A stretch of DNA of 64,000 bases from Octopus sinensis (lineage: Eukaryota), in the NCBI RefSeq assembly GCF_006345805.1, contig NC_043012.1, forward strand, positions 30,256,001 through 30,320,000, written 5' to 3'. Made by a program: the position numbers and the translations under genes. Position 1 is the stretch's first letter. The number at the start of each line of letters is the position of its first letter. This document shows, piece by piece, positions 1-13,345 of this stretch. Under the pieces are notes generated by a model. That model had not been told where the DNA came from. It ran no database searches and saw only the letters and a list, made by a program, of their open reading frames with translations.

Positions 1-382
1 CGAGTTACCAACACACTCACTCACTTACTGATACCCACCTTCACCGACACACCGACGCCGCCCACTTCTGCACGGAAATACTTTCTCACTGAACTCACGT
101 AAAATTATATAACTAACATGATATGTATATGCGAGTGTGTGTACATGTATGTATGTATGTATGTATGTATGTATGTATGTTATGTATGTATGTATGTATG
201 TATGTATGTATGTATATGTATGTATGCATATATATGTATATATAGATACACACACACACACATATATATATATACATATATATATACATAGGTACATAAT
301 ATATATATATGTATGTATGTATGTATGTTTCTATGTATGTATGTATGTATGTATGTATGTATGTATGTATATATATATATAT

Positions 383-432
<50 letters not shown>

Positions 433-479
433 AAGCTCCAAAAACAACCGGAAGTTGAAAGAAGGCAAATAAAAAAGAC

Positions 480-3400
480 ATCCCTTCGCCCCCAGACACA
501 GCTCTCAGGAAAAACAATGAAGGAGAGAAGGTTCCGATGACAAACCCGGAACATATATGAGTGTAAGAGGTCTGCTGGCATGGAGACGTAGAACAAATTA
601 CGTCTTCATCCAAAGCTCAAGTCATAACACACACCATCTTCATCTTGAAAACATACAAATGTTGCAGAAACCACTTGAAAGAAAAAGCAATGTGAAGACA
701 AAGCGCGGACAGCAGAAGTCGAAGAACAACCCTTTTCCAATATGGAACAAAGGATTGTAAGGCAATTGACCAGATTAAAACACAGAATAAAAAAAATTGT
801 ACAAGCATACTAGAGCACTGCAAATAGAGAAAGATCCATGGTGGCCACCCCTGGTAACTTCACAAATGTCAAACCAGTGGCCATTTCAGATACACCATTT
901 AGACATCAGTGCTATCGGTCAATGTAACAGGTCTTGTAACATCCCACCAGTACAAAAACTCACACATGAGAGACCTAGTTACATATTATCAAGTAATCTG
1001 CATGGCACTAACAAAAACGCACCCGAGCGATGACAAAGCAGACACTGAAATACACAAATCAAGGTGTGTTGCATTTCGAACGAAAGAATTCCTGGTGGAG
1101 TTGCGACGTACATCCGGGAAGATGTCCCGCCTTAAGTCTTACTGCCACACTCAAGCTCAGTCTGTGACACACTTATAGAATAAACAAGCAAATGAAAATG
1201 GTGATGTGTACTTCCTATCGTCCACCAGATTTCCCAAATCATGGGGACTCTTTGGAAGACAGTCTCAAAAAGATGGAAGAAGTATTAACCATCCAAGATG
1301 ATAGCTTTCATATACTTCTTCTAGGAAGCTTCAACCTCCCTAATGTCTGATGGCTTGAGGACCATCTTCTCATAAGTATATTACTGCATGAGCAGATGCA
1401 AGCAGAGTTCATATTTAACCTTACAAACTTGTTATTCATGGAGCAAAAAGTGCTGCACCCAATTCAGGGTTAAAATGTCCTGGACCTCTGCGCCACAAAT
1501 AATGTGACGCTCATCCATAATGTTCAAGTGCCACCAATGATTTTCTCTGACCATCTCTTAGTCGATCTAACAATGTCTGGCTTAAAGAAAACTGCCGATG
1601 CACAGTCTTCTGGAAGAATCACAACTTCTTTCCAGCCTGAATTTCCATAAAGCTAATTGAAAAGGTATTCAGAAATAAACCCTGGAACAAAAGTGGCCAG
1701 CGAGTCTGTCTAAGCAGCATATTGATATAAAGCTACAACAGTTTATGATAATCATGCAAGACATATGCAATAAGTTTGCTCCAGGGAAAATGCCCAATGA
1801 ACAGAAAAACATAATTCCTAGAGATAGGAAAATTTTAATGAGATGACGAACAAAGATCTCAAATTGTCTAAATAGGCCATTAAAGGAAAGTGAGGAATCC
1901 TATTTCAAATGAGTACTGCTTGAGATTGAAAATTGGCCCAAACGCAGCTCTGACAGGAAAAGAAGCCAGGGCTGTAAAAAAAGCCTTCTAAAGATTTGCA
2001 AAAGCATCTGCTTTAGTACAGTACAAGACAGAGTATTAGTTCAAAGAAAATGGCTGACTGTAGGCCCTCAAAGAATAAATGGAATACTGAATGCATTTTC
2101 GCATCTCTGTTGGGACACTTGAAATAAATATACCGAACGAGTTCTTTGACACTACGGTGTCAAAGAACTCTACATGACGGGATGATAGTTATCGATTACA
2201 TCAAAATGGAGGAAACTGGTGTAATATCAGCAATTGATGGATACACAACCATCTCTTAAAGAAAAGCAGGTCTTCTTCCAAAGCTTCCTTGCAAATAAGA
2301 GGCTTACCAGAAAGTGAAATGAGAGCATAATATGTCCTATCCATGAAGGAAGACGCAGAGTAGATGCTAAAAATTAAAGACCAGTCACTCTAACCTCACA
2401 TGTTAGCAAAGTTATGCAACGCATGGTCAGGAGAGAGCTGACCACGTTCCGAGGAGATAATGACTTACTCCCTGACACCCAACGTAGCTTCCACCCAGGA
2501 AGAAGCTGATTTACACAGCTTCTGTAGCGTTATGATTGGGTGATGAAACAATTGATGAATCGCTCAAACGGGGATGTGATATATCTTGATTTCACAAAGA
2601 CTTTTGATAAGGTCGATCAAGGGACAATATGTCACAAGCTGCAAGGAGTCGGCATAGTGGGAAAACTGTGGCAGCCAATGGAGCCGTCTCCTAGGAGATA
2701 GTAATAGAGAGTGGAGTGCCTCAGAAGAACTCTCTTGGTGCTGCTGCTATTTATGTAGCTCTCTCTCGGACATGTCATCCGTTTCTCAGATAGCCGCACT
2801 TGCTAACTATTCCTACGACACGAGTAGCAGTCAAGAATCTTCTCGATGCTAATCTACAGAAAGATCTAGATGCCATATAGAAATGGGCTGAAGAAAACAA
2901 CATGCAATTTAATGCAAGAAAATTCCAGGCCCTCCACCATCAGCCAATTTGTGCTAACACGTCGCATAAAAGTACTTTGAACCCAAAGGAACAGCAATTT
3001 CAGTCAAACACGGTACACGACCTAGTGATTGATATGAGCAGCGATACATCATTTCCTGAACATATCACTGAGGAGGTGGTAATCTGTGTACGAATGGCCA
3101 GTTGGACTCAGAACTTTGAGAACAAGGGACCTGGAAACTCTGCTGGTTTCATTTGTCCCCAGCCGTCTGGACTACTCTTCTTAACTATTGTCATACCACA
3201 CTGCCAATTTAATTGAGGCAATTCAGTGGTGCTACACCAGGAATGAAACAGTTGACCTGTTGGGAGAGACTGAAAGAATTACGTCTTTACCCCCGGGAGA
3301 GAAGGCGGGAAAGATATGTAATGATATAAATGTGGAAGAATCTGGAGGGGCTGGCAGCAAACTTTAGTATCGAGAGTTATATCAGCCCCCAAACAAGAAG

Positions 3401-3740
3401 CCACTGCATTGTTCCAAAGATCGCACCCAACCCGTGTAGAGGACCAGGTACTGAAGTAGTTTGGGATTCCAAGACACGCAGCTATTTAATATCTTGCCAA
3501 ATAAACCTGATTGATCTACATAGAATGGGAGTAGATGCTTTCAAAAGATAACTTAATCTCCCGTTGTCCAAGATTCCAAATGACCCTACATCAGGGCAAA
3601 ATACTCAGAAGACGACAGTAATATCAGACCCCTTCCTTCACCAAAAGCCAACCATATGAGAGTCGCCATTAAAAAGGTAGCGATACTGGCGGTGCACCAG
3701 CATGGTCACAGCCTTTGGGCTAGAATGCATAAACAAATAA
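480..3740 (+). mobile_element. Decayed CR1/L2-like LINE (ORF1 relic, APE, RT, 3' tail)
   Basis: Broken-frame motifs: LHPKL and HHLHL (~620-650, like the ORF1 fingers at 49.9 kb); APE ALTKTH (~1005), YRPP (~1217), LLGSFNLPNV*W (~1317); RT RPVTLTSHVSKV (~2380), DVIYLDFTKTFDKVDQG (~2573), MQFNARKF (2902); 3' tail GGCGGTGCACCAGCATGG at 3688. Many stops and frameshifts. Confidence 0.85.
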
Positions 3741-3875
3741 TATATATATATTATATATATATATTAATGATACATATGCATACACACATACATACACACA
3801 CACATATATATATATATACAAGCATACATATCCATATTAAAATGTTACAATATATATATATATAATATAATATAT

Positions 3876-3928
<53 letters not shown>

Positions 3929-4038
3929 ATATATATATATATATATATAGTTGAATTTAAAGAAAAACAAAAGACGACGACAGGTGCATGAGCAACAAGC
4001 AGGTGTATTAGTTTTGACGCTCGAGAAAATGAAAAAGT

Positions 4039-4074
4039 CTTTTACGTTTCGAGCCTAAGCTCTTCAGCAGAAAG
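4039..4074 (-). ncRNA. Minimal type I hammerhead ribozyme variant in a probable Penelope pseudo-LTR relic (~3950-4130)
   Basis: Minus strand CTTT-CTGCTGA-A-GAGC TTAG GCTC-GAAA-CGTA-AAAG: 4-bp stem I, 4-bp stem II, palindromic ACGT stem III, GUA cleavage triplet. Core has A6C and one extra A after A9. Confidence 0.5.
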
Positions 4075-4141
4075 GATTAAAACGAATTAAATAGAGAATG
4101 AAAAAAACCTGTAGATTTCAGCGGTCCAGCATATATGTATG

Positions 4142-4180
<39 letters not shown>

Positions 4181-4683
4181 TACGGTTGGATACACACATA
4201 CACACACACAGACACTCGCGCGCGTACACACACGTACGCACGTACGACGCACGCGCACACACGCATATTGTAGAGTTCATACATATGCATACACAACCAT
4301 GGCCATCTGTTTATATTCTTCAAACGTCTCCTGCATCTTCTGTAAAAACAATGTACCCGATCTCCCAGTTCAATAAACAAAATCCCTATGGATGATACCC
4401 CGATGTCTGTTTATTTTTTTGGACGAACTCCCGGAACGCTTGCCATATTTCATCAACTCCCTACACTGCAGTTTGAACCTGCAGTGCGAGGATTAACTCT
4501 GCACTCTGTATTCTTGTAATGACCAACTTTTCTTTTCATGTGGTGTGAAGCACTCTGTAACATCCCCCGGGTAGCCTCTTGGCACGGACATACGTAGCAA
4601 GTCAGAGACTGCTATGAATTGCTATATGCTGTAACGCACTGGCATTTTTTTCACATAACACATCAACATACGGACGCACTCAC

Positions 4684-4768
<85 letters not shown>

Positions 4769-4957
4769 CGCCTACCTCTACACATTGACAGTTGTCTAAA
4801 CAAGCTATCGAGAAACGTATATGGCCGTACGGGTCTATGTGAGTATGAGTGTATGTCTCTATAAGCATTTGTGTGTGTACGTGAATATATGTATACATGT
4901 ATGTATGCGTGCAATTACACACACACGGATGCACTCCCATGCATACATAAATGCATC

Positions 4958-5042
<85 letters not shown>

Positions 5043-5051
5043 GTCTATCTG

Positions 5052-5131
<80 letters not shown>

Positions 5132-5203
5132 CCTACCTACCTACCTACCTGTCTGTTTGTCTGTCTGTCTGTCTATCTATATATCTATCTATCTATCTAT
5201 CTA

Positions 5204-5243
<40 letters not shown>

Positions 5244-5246
5244 TTA

Positions 5247-5317
<71 letters not shown>

Positions 5318-5324
5318 TCAACCT

Positions 5325-5570
5325 CAATCCAGGTATAGATACCTGGGAATACTTGAGGCAGATGGAACAAAAAGAGAGTTTCTGCAGCGAGTGAGAATTC
5401 TATTGGAATCAAAGCTGAATGACAGAAACATTATTTCGGCAATAAACTCGCGCGCAGCTGCAGTAGTTCGGATTAGCGCTGGAATCCTGAAGTGGACAGA
5501 GAAGGAGCTAAAAGAGGTGGACAGGAAATCAAGGAAGCTCCTAACAATGCATGGAACCCATCATCCACGT
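5325..5570 (+). mobile_element. Dong/R4-clade RT C-terminal fragment
   Basis: [11 protein letters not shown]...LLESKLNDRNIISAIN...AGILKWTEKELKEVDRKSRKLLTMHGTHHPR; its end overlaps in sequence with the start of the 53514 ORF (LNWNMSEVKNIDRKIRKLLSCNRMHHPK). Confidence 0.75.
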
Positions 5571-5574
5571 GTAG

Positions 5575-6163
<589 letters not shown>

Positions 6164-6448
6164 TGCTGCTGTTGATGCCTTTGGTGTCGCATCAGTTTTG
6201 GTAGAGTGGTATTGTGGAGATCGCTAGCATCTAAACCTGTCCAACAGAATCGAATGGAAAGTAGTAGAATTCTCTAGAATGTTCCAATGACTTACAGCTA
6301 TATAAGCAGAGCTGGTAGAGGAGCGCTTCTCTTTTTTTGCTTTTGTCTGTTCTTGTTGTTCATTGTTTCAGAGACAGAGACTAAACCCATCTGTAGCATT
6401 ACTGTGTTCTTCTTTGTGAAGAAAAGCGAGAAAAGCGCAACTATTACG

Positions 6449-6532
<84 letters not shown>

Positions 6533-6540
6533 TATATATA

Positions 6541-6577
<37 letters not shown>

Positions 6578-7204
6578 GCGCGCGCGCACACATATACATG
6601 CATTCCCATACATATATATATATATATATGAGTGTGTGCGTATGTGTATGAGGTGTGAGTGCGCGATCGCACAATGCATGCATCGCCGAGAAAAATCGAC
6701 CAACCGTTAGTTGTATACTAAACATCACCCTTGTGATATTTGTTCCGCTCGAGTTGCACAGGGAATCCCTTGCCACCGTTGCTTTCGTGAATGCAGTGAT
6801 CCAGTCATTGACTTTCTGGAAACCTGCAAACAATTGTCCAAAAATGCGAAATAGATAAATATGTGAGGTGGTGATATGGGATTAGGGGCAAGATAGGAGC
6901 CACATGGAGCAGTGATATTTCCTTCATGGGATTACAGGGACCATGGGTTAGTTTGATAATTAACTAAGTGATATGTAAAAAACAGGGAGGTCCAGGGGAG
7001 AAAAAGGGTTCTGGTGAAAAGAAAAATATCCGAGAGTCATTAGTCTATGTGCCCACCCACACAGAAGAGCGCGCGTAGGTGTACACACACACACATATAC
7101 ACAAATATATATATACATATACACACATATACAGTTATACATATATATATATATTATATGTATTATATATATATATATACACATATATACATATATATGT
7201 ATAT

Positions 7205-7265
<61 letters not shown>

Positions 7266-7321
7266 ACATATATATATATATATGTATATATATATATTAT
7301 ATATATATATATATATTATAT

Positions 7322-7353
<32 letters not shown>

Positions 7354-7354
7354 G

Positions 7355-7387
<33 letters not shown>

Positions 7388-8137
7388 TGTATGTATGAAA
7401 GTATGCGCATGTACGCACACAGACACATACATACACATTTAATCCATTAGGCAGAAAAGAACGTCTCCGCCATTTTTAATGTGCTTCTTAAAAAGGGAGA
7501 AAAGAAGCAAAAGAAAAATGGAAAAGTCTTAATGTTTGTCCTTAGGCGAGTAAAACATCCACCTACGTATACGTCTGTATCTATACACACACATACACTC
7601 ACACACACATACACACACACATACACACACACACATACACATTTACCTATGTGTATGTGTTTGTGTTAAAACACCAACATACGAGATGCAAAAAAACAAA
7701 AAAAAAGCGTATGCATTTCTTTACATTTATTCATTACACATTATACTCGTATATTTCACCTACATTGAAATTCATACACAGTATATAGTGTCTCTCTCTC
7801 TGCCCCCTTCTCTCGTCTATATATGTGTGTGTATGTACATACATATAAGCATATATATACATACACACACGCACACATACATACATCAATGTAGATATGT
7901 GTGTGTGTGTATACGCATATATACACACATAGTCACCCATTTAAAACACATTGATATACCCACAGGAAACGCGCGCCTGCACACACAATCTTCACACTAC
8001 GTGGCGGCAAAGGTATATCTAACTTATGACCCCCACACACATATATCTGTATTTACTAACATATAAGTATATAAATACATACAAGTACATACGCACACAC
8101 ACATAGACACACACACACACACATATCTATATATGTT

Positions 8138-8168
<31 letters not shown>

Positions 8169-8551
8169 GGAAAGGGGGTTGGGAGAGATTGCAAATAAAT
8201 GGACGCGCAGAAAGGTAAATTTACAAAAACGACTGAGATAGGCTGGAATATGGACAAATAGTCAGGTATATGCATGTGTATGTGTGTGTGTGTGTGTGTT
8301 TGTGTACATGTGTGCTTGTTTGTGTTTATGTGCGCGTTCGTGTACCATCGTATGGACATAGGTACGTGAACCTTTGTATATACTCTGCATGTATATATAT
8401 ATATGTTTCAATGTTTACATTAGTATATATCCATATATGCATGCATGTATGTATGTATGTATGTATGTATGTATGGATGTGCGTATGTATGTATGTATGT
8501 ATGTATATATATATCTGTGTGCATGTGTGTATATATATATACATATATATA

Positions 8552-8666
<115 letters not shown>

Positions 8667-8935
8667 TATATATTATATATATAATATATATATATATCAT
8701 ATATATATATATATGTATGTATGTATGTATATCAAAAATGATCAGCTAGATATCTAGATGGATGCATAAACAGCTGCTTCATTGAAACCTATAAAATTTC
8801 CAGGCGCAGTCAATTATGATTGTAACAACAATAGCGGAGAGTATTTTAATTGTGGCTAATGAGAAGCAGACGATACCTCAATCCGCCAATTATTTCATAT
8901 AAAAAAGAACGATACACACACACACCACATGTATG

Positions 8936-8988
<53 letters not shown>

Positions 8989-9621
8989 ATATATATATTA
9001 ATATGTTTCTCATTTAAAAGTTATTTGCCTTCATTCTCTGCCACCCTTTAACGCCATCGCCGACATTAACGTCAGCCATTTACTCACACTCTTTTCTCTC
9101 TCTCGCTCAACCTTCTCACTCGATTTATGCTCAAAATTCCTATCTTAGCCGTCTCCATAAAAAATATGGCTAAGAAATATTTTTTATATTACATATTCTT
9201 TAATATTTATTGAAATGTTTTGCCTAGTTCTTTTTCCTAATCTAAATACTCTACGTTTATCTTGAGAATTAAAAAATTTTAACTTTCCAACGCCTTTTTC
9301 TTTGTTTTGATATTCATTCATGCATTCTCACTATTGTTGTCCGCGAAATTCCATGAAGATGCAGTTTGCCTTATGTTGAGGGGGCGATAAAATGTAGTGC
9401 TAACAATTACTGGGGGTTAATTTAATTGAATTATGCCCTCTCCAGAAAATTTTAGGCTCTAGAGTATTTCTTAGAAAGTTATTATTATTATCATTATATA
9501 TATTCAAGTGTTAGTCCTCATATAATGGGTGATTTGGGGAGTATACTTTTGCCACCATGGGAAATATCAGGAAATATGGAGTACATACAATAATTGCAAT
9601 TTAACTTAATCAAATTTCCTC

Positions 9622-9772
9622 CGTCCTTTCATTCTGAGTTCAAATTCCGGCGGGGTCGACTTTGCTTTTCACCCTTTCTGGATCGATAAAATAAGTACCA
9701 TTTGAATACTGGGGTCGATGAAATCAACTCCCTCTCCCCCCAAATTGCTGGCTTTGTGCCAAAAATTGAAAC
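9622..9772 (+). mobile_element. SINE family A, 5'-truncated copy
   Basis: TTCTGAGTTCAAATTCC..GGTCGACTTTGC..GATCGATAAAATAAGTACC, shared with more than 15 copies in the window. Confidence 0.85.
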
Positions 9773-9900
9773 CATTAAGGAACTGATGTAAGGCGCCTGG
9801 GGTTTTTCCATGAGCAGCCTTCGAACGTCCCTTCCCTTGTGAGGATTACGCATTGTTAAAATGTTATTTTTTTCTCGTTAAATCTGTTCAAAATCCTCAC

Positions 9901-9947
<47 letters not shown>

Positions 9948-9959
9948 CACACACACACA

Positions 9960-10019
<60 letters not shown>

Positions 10020-10129
10020 TTTTGTCCTATACCGTCCTTTTTCTTAATATAAACCCTTTGTGGTTAATAGAGAAGTCAACACCATCATCATCATCGTCAC
10101 CATCATTAATATTTGACTCAGTTTCGTTC

Positions 10130-10320
10130 TTATTCCTGGTAGAATTTAAGTGGGTAGCGGGTTACTGCCTGCATCCTTGGGTATCTACAATCTTTCAATA
10201 GTCTTTCAAGCGTTTAAGACCCTCCTCATAACATAATCTTTCCCGTCCCTAAGAAGCAACCATATGTCTATATCTTTACTCACAGATCCCAATGCACCAA
10301 TTATTACAGGCGCAACCTTT
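10130..10320 (-). mobile_element. Dong/R4-clade 3' fragment (end of restriction-like endonuclease domain)
   Basis: Minus translation MKTIKVAPVIIGALGSVSKDID...RRVLNA*, matching VTIPVIVGALG...RRALSM* of the 54410-54679 ORF. Confidence 0.6.
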
Positions 10321-10442
10321 ATAGTTTTCATACTCTAAATTCTTGCAATTTCAAATTTTAAAAAGTTCGTGTTTTTCATCCTCTTTTTTTAGAAGAGGAT
10401 GTATCATCATCATCATTACTATCATCGTCGTCGTCGTCGTCG

Positions 10443-10479
<37 letters not shown>

Positions 10480-10490
10480 TATTATTATTA

Positions 10491-10541
<51 letters not shown>

Positions 10542-10556
10542 CATCATCATCATCAT

Positions 10557-11097
10557 TGAGTGAAAGAGCAGTGCATGCCATCAAAGTGACACTGGGGTAT
10601 AAATATATGGAGCCCAGTGTACCTACCATGACTACCTGTCTGGTAAGGGTACACCATGCATCACAAACGTATGTATAAGATATGGTGATCAAGATAAACA
10701 GCACATGATATTGCAGGTGGGGCTCAGAATTTTCTTCAGGTCGAGTATCCCATCCCACTCAAAAGGTCCCTGAATAAGGGTTATTTAAGGATGATGAACA
10801 AAACACCCATGTTTCTGGAGGTGAATTACCCAAACCCCAGAGAATTCTTCTCAACACATGGCTATGATGTTTCCCCACTACTTCTGCTCGTGATTAGAGA
10901 TGCACATATCGTCAGCCAGTAAGGGACATGCTCAACTGGTTATGGTCAAACAACTGACAAGCAAATCTGTGGTATTGAGCAGAATATTTGCTGTTGCCCA
11001 TCTTTTATACCAAGACAAAACAATGTACATGATAACACTTCCAATCAGTTAAGATCAGAAGCCATGAGAGCCACTGCCTGGTACTGCATCAGGGCAT
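10557..11097 (+). mobile_element. ~540-bp interspersed repeat, family B, flanked by (ATT/ATC)n
   Basis: Strong identity to the reverse complement of 24319-24856 and partial 51590-51752; no coding motif recognised. Confidence 0.85.
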
Positions 11098-11241
11098 CAT
11101 CATCATCATCATCATCATCATCATTATTATTTTTATTATTATCAATAATATTAATACGCCAACTTGTTGTTTTTGTTTGTGTCACACTTACTTCAAAGGA
11201 AGAAATGAGTGGCAAAGCGACAAAGAGGACAGAGATGAAGT

Positions 11242-11296
<55 letters not shown>

Positions 11297-11339
11297 AAAT
11301 GAGAGCGTAAGAGATTTCTTCTTCCACATTGGTCAATAC

Positions 11340-11535
11340 GTGGAGGCACATGGCCTAGTGGTTAGAGCAGCGGACTCGCGGTCGAGGGATCGCGAGTTCG
11401 AATCTCAGACCGGGCGATGTGTGTGTTCATGACCGAAACACCTAAGCTCCACGCAGCTCCGGGAGAAGGTAATGGCGAACTTCTGCTGACTCTTTCGCCA
11501 CAACTTTCACTCTTTCCTCCTGCATCTTGCAGCTC
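11340..11535 (+). mobile_element. tRNA-derived SINE
   Basis: A box TGGCCTAGTGGTTAG, B box GAGTTCGAATCTC, then a non-tRNA body ending at (CAT)/(ATT)n; does not close a tRNA cloverleaf. Confidence 0.8.
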
Positions 11536-11589
11536 ATCATCATCATCATCATCATTATTATTATATTATTATTATTATTATTATTATTA

Positions 11590-11648
<59 letters not shown>

Positions 11649-11649
11649 G

Positions 11650-13090
11650 GAGAGTGAGCTGGCCGAATCGTTAGCATGCCGGGCGAAATGCTTAGCGTCA
11701 TTTCGTCTGTCTTTGCGTTCTGAGTTCAAATTCCACCGAGGTCGATTTTACCTTTCATCTTTTCGGGGCGATGAAATAATTACCAGTCAAGTACTGGCGT
11801 CAATGTGATAAACTATCCCCCTCCCCTCAAATTCCAGGCCTTGTACCTAGAGTAGAAGAGGTTATTATTATTATTACTGGCAAAATCATTCAGCGTCAGA
11901 ATAAACGCTTTGTATTTCTTCCGACTCTTTACGTTCTGAGTTCAAATTTCTCCGTGGTTGGCGTTACATTTCATCCTTCCAGGTCGATAAAATAATCATT
12001 AGTTTAACACTGATAAGAAAGACCGAGCATGCGTTTGCTTACCGCCATATATTTTGGCGCATGGTGGTAGGACTCTGTATGAGTGCACAGGGCTTGATTT
12101 TGTGTGTGTGTGTAGTTTATAGGAACTGACATTGCGTTAAACAAAATGCTTTGCGACATTTAATCATACCTTCTTATGTTCCAAGGTTTGCTTTGCCTTT
12201 AACCATTCTGACATCGATAAATGAAGAACCAGTCACGTTGTTGATCAATGTAACCGATTTAACACTATTTACTACAAAATGTGCAGTCTTGGCCTATGAG
12301 AGAAACAATTATGGTTTTGTATGGTGATGTATGGCAGAACCAGAAAAACTCTGTGTGAAATGGCTTCCAGTATTTATAATCCATTACGTTCTGAGTTCAA
12401 ATCTCACCGTATTTTGTTTTTCTTCCAGGACCGATAAAATAAGTACGAGAGAATATGATCGACTAAAATATTCTTCCTTGTGTCTTTGTAACAAATCTTT
12501 ATTTTTAGAGTTGTGAAAAGCGAATTGGCAGAATCGCTGAAACGTGAAAAAAAATCCTTGTGGTACTTGTCTTTATGTGTTGTGTGCAAATCCCATCGAG
12601 GGGTAAATCTTGTTTCTTATCCGTCGGGGTCGATAAAATGAGGTAACAGCCAAGAGCTTGGATCGCTTTATCGCTTCACATTCTTCCCCAAATTTCTAAC
12701 CACATGACTACGTATGTCAGAAACAATTTTTCGGGTGATGTGGGACAAAGTGATTTCCAATATTTTTGTTATGTGAGGGCGAGGAATTGGCAGAATCGGT
12801 AGAGCATCGGACAAAATACCTTGTGGTATTTCTTCCGGCTTTTTTACGTTCTGAGTTCAAACTCTGCCGCGGCCAATTTTGACTTTCATCACTCTGGGAT
12901 CCATAAAATATAAAATTAGTCAGTTTTGAAAGATGGGAAATCGATCAGCCCCCTAAAATTACTCGTATTCTGACTAAATTAGGAACTATATTTATATGCT
13001 TTTACCTTCTGAATTTAAATTCATTCAGAGTTACCTTTGTTTATCGTCATTGAAGGACCGAAATAGTGAGCACCAATCAAGCGCTGCTAC
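11650..13090 (+). mobile_element. Head-to-tail cluster of ~6-7 SINE family A copies of varying decay
   Basis: Repeated TTCTGAGTTCAAAT / GTCGATAAAAT cores near 11720, 11935, 12390, 12590 (degenerate), 12850, 13010. Confidence 0.8.
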
Positions 13091-13312
13091 TGTTTTAAAA
13101 CATCTTTCACTTTCTACACAAACTAGAAATCCTTGGTGACATCGATGTTCCCGCCCCTGATATAACTTTCAACCAAAAGAGGAAACCAAAAATACAACAG
13201 ATCCCAAAAGAGGACGGCATGATCGCGTGACTTGCAAAAATAACTGCTACATCACTCTCAACCTTAAAAATGAAAGGACACAGGGTCAAAACAAAATACA
13301 GGACGGTCTCAC

Positions 13313-13345
13313 CTGGAGCGTGTTTGTACGCCTGATCGATCGGGG
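13313..13345 (-). other. Candidate 33-nt micro-exon of an unidentified minus-strand gene
   Basis: Minus strand: T-rich tract ...TTGTACTTTAG | CCCCGATCGATCAGGCGTACAAACACGCTCCAG | GTGAGA. Length divisible by 3, open in all three frames, non-repetitive context. Confidence 0.35.

Noticed and set aside
4380-4620. Unique-looking segment with a faint mariner C-terminus or exon resemblance
   Set aside because: Motif match too weak to call; stops in the suggestive frame.
6640-6860. Minus-strand exon candidate after TTTGCAG
   Set aside because: No convincing donor and no recognisable peptide in any frame.
11340-11415. tRNA gene (also 43060-43140 and 57687-57780)
   Set aside because: A and B boxes are present but no acceptor stem closes and each continues into a SINE body.
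13107-13240. Plus-strand terminal exon EILGDIDVPAPDITFNQKRKPK...
   Set aside because: Acceptor is mediocre, no homology recognised, and it conflicts with the better minus-strand splice signals nearby.
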